A DNA stretch of 64,000 bases from a virus (lineage: Duplodnaviria > Caudoviricetes), in IMG/VR virus record IMGVR_UViG_3300031992_002338, one strand, 5' to 3'. A program made the translations under genes and the position numbers. Below the pieces are notes generated by a model, which saw only the letters and a list, made by a program, of their open reading frames with translations, was not told where the DNA came from and ran no database searches. Below, one piece after another: positions 57,314 through 64,000 of the stretch; positions within the stretch are counted from its first letter, which is position 1; the number at the start of each line of letters is the position of its first letter.

Positions 57314-59326
57314 TTATCTTAATTTACATTTAATTCGAATATCAGAATCAGGAGATTTTATTTCATACATTGAATTATAATCTCCGTAAAGAACCTTATC
57401 AACTGCCATTATATCAATCTGTTCAGATTCAGACCCTCCATCTACATTAAATGGTTCTGCCATTATTGTATTACAAGAGTTATTTTCTAATAACGCTGGT
57501 AATGGGCATTTATCTGGTGAATATCTTCCATTCCAAATTTTATAAACCCTTAAGTCAATTAGGCTCACAACGCCATCAATGAGAGTGATTTCCTTTTCCA
57601 AATCGCCTAAAAATATATCATCACCCATTTCGTGTTTATTTATGTCGAAGTAATCTTTAACTGAATTAATGATATTGGTTATCACATTTGCTGGGTTGTA
57701 ATTTTTATCTATGAAGACATCTATTCCAAGTCCTATATTATATATCCTACCGCTTTTTATTTCGATATAATCATTAATTTGTTTAAAGTTTGACATGTAT
57801 TCTAATACGTTCTCAACTAACGTTTGTGGCAGTGCAGAATCAAGTTTTCCCAATGCATTCACACCCAAAAAGTCCATTTCAATTTTATTATTAGTTTCTA
57901 TAACAGTATTTCTGAATGGAGCACCATATTTCGGAGGCATTTGCATAAGTTTGATTCTATAGTCTTTTATTGTGACTGCACGGTTCTGTGAGCTAGTGTT
58001 ATACTTCATCAGCATTTTAATTTCTTCTGTTGATGGTTCATCTTTACCAGCGACTGCTGTTGATATATTTGTAACTGTCATTGATGTTAAAACCTTTCCT
58101 CTTATACTGCCATCAGTATTGTTAACATTGCCACCCCAATCAACATTTGCAAGTGTTATTTTATTTATAGAACCAGGTCCTAAATTCGTTGAGACACCAC
58201 CACCAATTCTATATAAAACATACATTGTCCATCCTTCTTTTGGCAATATTCCAAGCATGTTATTGTTTATTTGAATTGATGCTGCATAATCTGCATATGT
58301 TGTTTGAGGCCCAGGAATTTCATCATATCCGTTACCAGCCCCAAAAATAATCTTCATATACCCGTTATCAGTAAATTCTGTTATAAATTTTTGTGTCAAT
58401 GGTTTCCACTTTCCTCTATAATATCTAGTTGTTCTAGATATAGTATTACCATTTTCATCTAACGCCATTTCATTATAATCATCATACAAATGTGGGTCAT
58501 ACATATCATTGATAATGTAGTCATCAATATTTGTTTGAGTAGCAAAACGATATTGTTCAGCCAATGAATCACATTCAAAAAAACGATATGTCATAACAGA
58601 TTGCTTTGATATTCTATATTGTTCTTCATCTATATAATATTCATAAATTTCTGGATTAGTATTAAAATTTGTGGTTTCTTTAAATATAATTGACTCTATA
58701 TTTAATACATCATTTTCTGGAAGCACAACTTCCATAAATGGCTTTATATCATTAGCATATAGAACTTTTTTGTAAATCTTTGTCACACCGTTTATAGCAA
58801 TACTAGATTTTGAAACTGTATATCCAGTGATATTCCCATTTCCATCCCTAGCTGGCATCATCTTTCTATTAGAAAACCCATCTTTGTTAAATTGTTCAGC
58901 AAAATTAATATCCTCAGTTAACTGAAAATTATAATTTCCAGCTGAAACAATACTAGTACTCTGTAATATTGGGGCATAATTCCAATCTGGAAGATGTATA
59001 TTAGTAGAATCAGTTGGCAATACACAACTTACCTCTATCTCACAAATAGATGCCTTTCTTCCAGGTATCTTTAAACCATTAGCCCTAGCTTGATTCAAAA
59101 CACTGCTTCTTAGGTTTGCACTGTCAATGTTGGTTTCTTGATACATACGGTCAGTATGATAGCTTAAATCATCACCAACAGCTGATACTAGGTCAATAAA
59201 CCATGCACCAACGCTTGAATCGTTGAAGCTGTCAGCCAATTCTGGATAATACATATTAGAGAACTTTATAAGCTCTTCCTTAATATCTTCGAATGACCTT
59301 GAAATATAATTAATCTTTTTTTCCAT
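57314..59326 (-). CDS. Baseplate wedge protein (T4 gp6 / baseplate J-like)
   Basis: Y.SRSFEDIK.EL, DL.S..GD.LSY..D, IIFG.G..G..P, Y.IGGG..TN, QNRAVT.KDY. Confidence 0.88.
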   Translation of the reverse strand: MEKKINYISRSFEDIKEELIKFSNMYYPELADSFNDSSVGAWFIDLVSAVGDDLSYHTDRMYQETNIDSANLRSSVLNQARANGLKIPGRKASICEIEVSCVLPTDSTNIHLPDWNYAPILQSTSIVSAGNYNFQLTEDINFAEQFNKDGFSNRKMMPARDGNGNITGYTVSKSSIAINGVTKIYKKVLYANDIKPFMEVVLPENDVLNIESIIFKETTNFNTNPEIYEYYIDEEQYRISKQSVMTYRFFECDSLAEQYRFATQTNIDDYIINDMYDPHLYDDYNEMALDENGNTISRTTRYYRGKWKPLTQKFITEFTDNGYMKIIFGAGNGYDEIPGPQTTYADYAASIQINNNMLGILPKEGWTMYVLYRIGGGVSTNLGPGSINKITLANVDWGGNVNNTDGSIRGKVLTSMTVTNISTAVAGKDEPSTEEIKMLMKYNTSSQNRAVTIKDYRIKLMQMPPKYGAPFRNTVIETNNKIEMDFLGVNALGKLDSALPQTLVENVLEYMSNFKQINDYIEIKSGRIYNIGLGIDVFIDKNYNPANVITNIINSVKDYFDINKHEMGDDIFLGDLEKEITLIDGVVSLIDLRVYKIWNGRYSPDKCPLPALLENNSCNTIMAEPFNVDGGSESEQIDIMAVDKVLYGDYNSMYEIKSPDSDIRIKCKLR

Positions 59327-59346
59327 ATGTTAATTTTTTACCCATT

Positions 59347-59736
59347 TTATACTTGTATTACTACGCTATCGTTAGTTACTTTATTCCCTTCAGAAACACT
59401 ATAATCTAGCCTAACATATATTTCTGTTTCATTTTCTTCATTTTTAACGATTTGTATATTATTAATTATAATGTTTGTTGCCCATCTCTTAACAGAGTCT
59501 GAAACCTCATTTTTAACTGATTCCCAAGTTGTTGAATCATTTGGTTCAAATATAAACTTAATTAAATCAGTTCCAAATTCTGGATTCCTAATTCTCTGTC
59601 CTTTAGGTGTGAACACAATATGCATCAACTGACTCCTAACCTTTTCTTTTAAAGACTCATTTGTGTCAACATAGAATTTCTGAAATTTTTCAGAAGTAAA
59701 CGGATATTTTATACCAAAATATTGTCTTTTTGCCAT
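59347..59736 (-). CDS. Baseplate wedge subunit, gp25-like
   Basis: GIKYPF, T.KGQR..NPEFGTDL..FIFEP. Confidence 0.9.
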   Translation of the reverse strand: MAKRQYFGIKYPFTSEKFQKFYVDTNESLKEKVRSQLMHIVFTPKGQRIRNPEFGTDLIKFIFEPNDSTTWESVKNEVSDSVKRWATNIIINNIQIVKNEENETEIYVRLDYSVSEGNKVTNDSVVIQV

Positions 59737-59796
59737 ATCAAAATTATTTCTCTATAAGTATTACAAAATATAAAATTTTTGTGGATAATATAAACA

Positions 59797-59827
59797 AAAA
59801 AAAGCGAGAGTCACATAACTCTCGCTT
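59797..59827 (-). terminator. Intrinsic terminator
   Basis: aagcgagag...ctctcgctt with a U-tract. Confidence 0.7.
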
Positions 59828-59851
59828 AATTTACAAAATATAACCTACTAT

Positions 59852-60130
59852 TTAACACCTACCGTTGCTACTGCCGCAGCCACCACCTCCACCGCCACAT
59901 CTATCATTGTAGCTGTAAGATGATGAAGAGCCGCATCCACCTTCACTTGAAGAGCCACATGAAGAACAACCCAAATTGTTCTCTTGCCACAAGTATTGCA
60001 TCTTGTTTAGGTTATTCTTCCTAGCAATCTCCCTAACGATGGAATCAGTTAACGAATCAACCATTCCTTGAACTTTAGTCTTAACTATATCGGATAGTTC
60101 CTTTTCGGATAAAATAAACAATTTCTTCAT
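59852..60130 (-). CDS. Small protein with a helical leader and a six-Cys Gly/Ser-rich tail (RiPP precursor candidate)
   Basis: ...LGCSSCGSSSEGGCGSSSSYSYNDRCGGGGGGCGSSNGRC*. Confidence 0.65.
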   Translation of the reverse strand: MKKLFILSEKELSDIVKTKVQGMVDSLTDSIVREIARKNNLNKMQYLWQENNLGCSSCGSSSEGGCGSSSSYSYNDRCGGGGGGCGSSNGRC

Positions 60131-60179
60131 ATTCTATATACTTTATGCAAATATATAAAAAAAATCTGAGAATTCCAAA

Positions 60180-61043
60180 TTATATCCAATAAGGATGTAA
60201 ACTTCCATCCTCATATATCACACCAAAGCTGTATTTCTTCGCAAATAAGGCTCTTGTAGCTGCCTTAAACGTGTCGGAAAGCGTTGCATGGCGTAACTTA
60301 CACACCAAGAAGCAAACACGCTTCAGAACGAATTTTCCATCAAACGATGGAATCCAAGGTGTAATGTCGAACTCAGTCTTGCACCCATGAGCAAAAGGTG
60401 ACTTCAGCTTTATGCCAAATGCATCCTCGAATGATACATACATATCATCCCTATCAAACAATTCAGCAAGTTTGATGCTCTTAAATCCTAGTTTATTGTA
60501 ATGCTCAATGCAACGGCATATCTCTTCCTTTGTGCAAAGGAAAGGCTTAACCATGTTAATATTTATGGTAATCTTCTCTTTATGAGGTAACTCTGCATAG
60601 AATTTCTGCCTATCATAGAGTGATTTGTGGCCTCTAATCTTATCAGCAACTTCCTCGTCATAGTGCTGGGGAGATATTGAGATACCATCACAAAGGTCTA
60701 TAATTTCAAATAGTTCCTCTCTGTGCTTATATGCAGCATAAGGCAAAGACGTAATGATATACACCTTTAACTCTGTGTTATTTTTAACGAGTTTTACTAG
60801 CTTCAAAAGTTCAGCCATATAAATCATTGGCTCACCACCACTGATACCAACTGACTTAACTTCGTCTTTATGCTCAGAAATTCGCTGAAAAATCGACATA
60901 ACATCTGGTTTAGTACCTACACTATGTAAACCTTTGTTGAGTGCATCCACACAGAATGGACAGTTATTTGGGCATTTCTTCGTGAAATGAACTTGCAACT
61001 CACTTTCTATTTGGTCGCAAATATTGACGTTATACTTTATCAT
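60180..61043 (-). CDS. Radical SAM enzyme
   Basis: CPNNCPFC (CxxxCxxC) and ISGGEP; start revised to MIKYNV, overlapping the end of pnuC. Confidence 0.88.
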   Translation of the reverse strand: MIKYNVNICDQIESELQVHFTKKCPNNCPFCVDALNKGLHSVGTKPDVMSIFQRISEHKDEVKSVGISGGEPMIYMAELLKLVKLVKNNTELKVYIITSLPYAAYKHREELFEIIDLCDGISISPQHYDEEVADKIRGHKSLYDRQKFYAELPHKEKITININMVKPFLCTKEEICRCIEHYNKLGFKSIKLAELFDRDDMYVSFEDAFGIKLKSPFAHGCKTEFDITPWIPSFDGKFVLKRVCFLVCKLRHATLSDTFKAATRALFAKKYSFGVIYEDGSLHPYWI

Positions 61044-61716
61044 CTTTATTCCACATGTAATATCCATAAATACAATTGGCAGTCCAAAATACAAACTGAG
61101 CAACCATACACCAATCACCAGCTATTGCCCACATGATGATACTACCAAGGTCAATTATCAACCAATAGAACCAACTCTCCTTAAACCTCAATATCATAAG
61201 AATTTGAGCCACAAACGCTGGAACTGTAGTTATTGCGTCCATAAATGGCTGAGTGTCATTGGTTATTAGTAAACCATAAAACAATGCAACAGATGCTAAT
61301 GCAGTTGTTACGAGCATCAATACATTTTGTGTTACTGTAAGGTGACGTGTTTTTACCTCTAAGGATTCGTTGTTATAATGGCTATTCCAATGGAACATAC
61401 CATATAGCATAGTAACAAAATAAAATATGTTTTCTACAATCTCTCCGTATAGATTTTGCTGCAAACATAATATCACATATGTAATGAGCTGGGCAAAACC
61501 AAATACATAAAACGAAATCTTCTTTTGGCTGCATAAAACAACTGAGATAACACCAAGCATACCACTAGCAAGTGATAGCTTAGTGCCACCCATTACTAAC
61601 CCCACAAAGCCTTGTGTGAGTAAACCAACAAGCATGAATATCAAACCAAACCTAGTGAGGTTAAAACTATTTCCGCTTTCTAGGGTTATAACATCAGATA
61701 ATCTATTATTCGTCAT
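61030..61716 (-). CDS. pnuC: PnuC-family nicotinamide riboside/vitamin transporter
   Basis: Multi-TM; QNLYGE, YGMFHW, P.MDA.TT...VAQ.L...R..E.W.YW. Confidence 0.88.
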   Translation of the reverse strand: MTNNRLSDVITLESGNSFNLTRFGLIFMLVGLLTQGFVGLVMGGTKLSLASGMLGVISVVLCSQKKISFYVFGFAQLITYVILCLQQNLYGEIVENIFYFVTMLYGMFHWNSHYNNESLEVKTRHLTVTQNVLMLVTTALASVALFYGLLITNDTQPFMDAITTVPAFVAQILMILRFKESWFYWLIIDLGSIIMWAIAGDWCMVAQFVFWTANCIYGYYMWNKDDKV

Positions 61717-62794
61717 ATACCGAATTAATGTAATCTTTAACTCTGTTGAAATTGGCTAAGAAACTTCCATCAAGTATCTCTACCTTATCCCACAAACCAA
61801 ACTGCTTCAAAAGCTCTGTAAGCTTGTTAAAATTGGCAATACGCTCATCAATGGATGCTTGCTTCATGTAGCGGCTACCATCATCAACAAACTTGTTCTT
61901 TGGTGGTAACAAGAAAATCTTATCCCACTTAACACGGCCTTCAAGAGACTTTGCCACTGGCAACACCTTATTCTCATATTCCTCTTTTGTAATGGGAACA
62001 TTAGGGTCATCCACATATGCAAGGGCATACATCAATGTAACAAGGTTATCCGTATCTGAAATGAACACACCATTATCATTATTGAATACCCTCTTACGCA
62101 TGTCTAGGCTCTGTCCTACGAGGAAATCAACAAAATCGTCTGCTGTGAGGTCTGTATCAACCTTACCCTTATTGAGCAAGTCATCACGCCCAAACTCTTC
62201 TGAGTGCTGAATACCGAAATACGTTGAAATATCACGTACCAATGTGGTCTTACCCTCAGAAGCAGTACCAGTGATAAGGATATTATGACAGAGGTTATTG
62301 CGATACTCCCTTACGATGTACTTCCAATACTTGATAGGATTCTGACGAATGTAAGTTCCACTAACTGGCACTACCTTATCAATCAGAGTTATACGTGCAT
62401 TGAGTAAGTTATGCTTCTCAAGCATTTCCTTATAATAAGGCTCTGCAACATACCAAGTAATAGAAACACCATCATGCGAAGGTGTAATCTTGAGTTGACG
62501 CATTACCTCTTTCTGCCATATAATCCAATTATTATCACACATGGATTCGTCAATACCAAGCTGTGTGTCGTTGATTGACAAAACGTTGATAATCTCGTCA
62601 TTGGCAAATATCTTACGAACAATGGCAGTACGCTCTTTAAGAGTCATGTTGATGTTTCCAGCACGTTCCTCATTGTCATAACCACAAACAATAACAAAGC
62701 ACTTGTCATTCTCTTTCTTAGCCCTCATAATTGCGTCAAGGTGTCCTCTGTGCATTGGGCAATATCCACCGAAGCAAATTCCTATTTTAGTCAT
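61706..62794 (-). CDS. nadR: NadR-like bifunctional NMN adenylyltransferase / ribosylnicotinamide kinase (no HTH)
   Basis: HRGH nucleotidyltransferase motif, VSGT.IR, P-loop GTASEGKTT, EFGR, DTD, FVDDG.R. Confidence 0.85.
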   Translation of the reverse strand: MTKIGICFGGYCPMHRGHLDAIMRAKKENDKCFVIVCGYDNEERAGNINMTLKERTAIVRKIFANDEIINVLSINDTQLGIDESMCDNNWIIWQKEVMRQLKITPSHDGVSITWYVAEPYYKEMLEKHNLLNARITLIDKVVPVSGTYIRQNPIKYWKYIVREYRNNLCHNILITGTASEGKTTLVRDISTYFGIQHSEEFGRDDLLNKGKVDTDLTADDFVDFLVGQSLDMRKRVFNNDNGVFISDTDNLVTLMYALAYVDDPNVPITKEEYENKVLPVAKSLEGRVKWDKIFLLPPKNKFVDDGSRYMKQASIDERIANFNKLTELLKQFGLWDKVEILDGSFLANFNRVKDYINSVYDE

Positions 62795-63374
62795 AATACA
62801 AATCTAAAAAATCATGTAACGTATCTTCCAACTTGTCAACATACAAGTCGTAAATATTAAATAATTCATCAAAAATCTCATGCACCGCATGGTTAACCTC
62901 GTCAACCTCGCACTTGCAGCTTTCGTCAATTCTATCACTACAAGCACACTTCTCACAAGCAAATTCATTACCGTCACCATAATATCCAGTGGCAGCATGA
63001 TTATTTACAAGGTGAGTGAAATAAAGGAAATCCTTATTAGAGAAATCAACCCATCCAGTGAACTCAGCAGTAAGAGGCTGCTTATGATAGTCAATATCTA
63101 AATTGATGTCCTTTCTGATAAAGAACGTCTTTACACGCCCATCCTTATACAATGTCCTATACCACATGCTAAAAGCCGCAAATGAATAGCAAAGACAATG
63201 GCACATATAGAACTTAGACTTATCACTGTCCAATTCATCGTTAAGGTCACGTAGAATGTGTGGAATGAAAGGGCATATAACAATATATTGGTCTGTTTCT
63301 AGGTCAATATACTGCTTTCCGTACTCATACTTTTTCTTGGTCTTTTCCCAAGCATCTTTAAATGTCTTGTACAT
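62787..63374 (-). CDS. Hypothetical protein with Cys clusters
   Basis: CHCLC and CEKCAC...CKC; first gene after the promoter at 63398-63450. Confidence 0.65.
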   Translation of the reverse strand: MYKTFKDAWEKTKKKYEYGKQYIDLETDQYIVICPFIPHILRDLNDELDSDKSKFYMCHCLCYSFAAFSMWYRTLYKDGRVKTFFIRKDINLDIDYHKQPLTAEFTGWVDFSNKDFLYFTHLVNNHAATGYYGDGNEFACEKCACSDRIDESCKCEVDEVNHAVHEIFDELFNIYDLYVDKLEDTLHDFLDLYYD

Positions 63375-63397
63375 ATTGATTGATTTTTACTTTCTGC

Positions 63398-63450
63398 TGC
63401 AAAGGTACGAAAAAAAATTGGATTAGCAAAAAACTAACCCAATTTTTAAC
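63398..63450 (-). promoter_or_regulatory. Host-type promoter/stem-loop
   Basis: Minus strand TTTG...TACCTTTGCA with inverted repeat aaaaattgg/ccaattttt. Confidence 0.7.
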
Positions 63451-63465
63451 TTTATTTAATATTAT

Positions 63466-64000
63466 TTAGAATACATACTTAACCGATGCATAGAAACTGA
63501 TGGGAATGTCCACCATGTAACGAGGCTCGTTTGTGTTGGCAAGAATACCTGTCTGAAGGTTATCCCTATTGGTAATGTTGTTTATGTGAGCACTCAAGAT
63601 ATACTTGCTAATGCTATAACTGCCATAGAGATTAAGCTGCCATGCGTCAGGCACTGAATACTCATTTGCCGCATCAATATACATATGATTGCGATAGCTG
63701 TATTCAAGACCTACTGAATAGTTCTTGCCACGATACTCAGCATTCTGCCTAAACGTGCAGTTAGGAGTCATTACATGGCTCTTCTTGCCAAACGTAGCGG
63801 TCTCTACCTTGTTGTTAGACAGTGACGAATTATTAATGAGGTGAAATCCATTGAACGGCTCATAGTCAGCATAGAACTCAATACCGATACGGTGACTATT
63901 GTCTGCCTTTTCATGCTCTGGCAGTCCGTTCAGACCAATTGTACCTGTCAGTGCTCTCTCATTCTCAAACAGCATTGCAAAAAGGTTGAGGTTCATGTTC
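63466..64000 (-). CDS. TonB-dependent outer-membrane receptor, C-terminal part (partial)
   Basis: Amphipathic beta strands, Y.D..N...VP....LNL, INNITN and a terminal aromatic YVF; frame stays open to the right edge. Confidence 0.8.
   Translation of the reverse strand, partial: NMNLNLFAMLFENERALTGTIGLNGLPEHEKADNSHRIGIEFYADYEPFNGFHLINNSSLSNNKVETATFGKKSHVMTPNCTFRQNAEYRGKNYSVGLEYSYRNHMYIDAANEYSVPDAWQLNLYGSYSISKYILSAHINNITNRDNLQTGILANTNEPRYMVDIPISFYASVKYVF

Noticed and set aside
37563-58274. Many 60-150-aa plus-strand or alternate-frame ORFs in the structural block
   Set aside because: They are antisense or out-of-frame shadows of long genes with no recognisable motifs.
60180-61043. Prokaryotic viperin assignment
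   Set aside because: The motif is CPNNCPFC rather than the viperin-type CNYxCxFC, and the family cannot be assigned by eye.
1-64000. Stop-codon recoding (TAG to Gln), as in Lak megaphages
   Set aside because: Long genes are intact in code 11, TAG terminates several genes (13265, 34324, 10552, 14464, 14902), and no suppressor tRNA was seen.

Overview
This is an AT-rich, densely coding segment of a large myovirus-type (jumbo) phage genome, almost certainly infecting Bacteroidota (Prevotella/Bacteroides-like). The host call rests on repeated TTTG-N~20-TAnnTTTG promoters. Standard code 11 fits, since TAG ends several genes. From left to right the window holds: (1) a partial tail-fibre-like gene and a C-type-lectin-fold gene that looks like a DGR target; (2) a tRNA operon of Leu-CAA, an unusual Leu-AAG, a Leu-TAA split by a 776-nt group I intron encoding an HNH nuclease, and Gln-TTG; (3) accessory enzymes (ClpP, Mom-like GNAT, vWA, HD, NDT-like) and two free-standing Zn-repeat homing endonucleases; (4) putative holin- and spanin-like genes; (5) about 10 otherwise unrelated proteins sharing a 'KKIIRLTESDLH..I..SV..IL.E' module, probably a head-packaging/processing tag, two of them with ADP-ribosyltransferase-like domains; (6) a sigma-70 factor, Rad50/Mre11, RuvC, primase, a glycosyltransferase, an Ntn-hydrolase and a GH108 endolysin; (7) a ~23 kb baseplate/tail block; and (8) a TonB receptor, NadR, PnuC and radical SAM locus followed by a six-Cys Gly/Ser-rich peptide. 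A second conserved motif, TATTTAT(A/T) 17-22 nt upstream of starts, looks like a phage late promoter. All family calls come from motif recognition by eye; no database searches were run.
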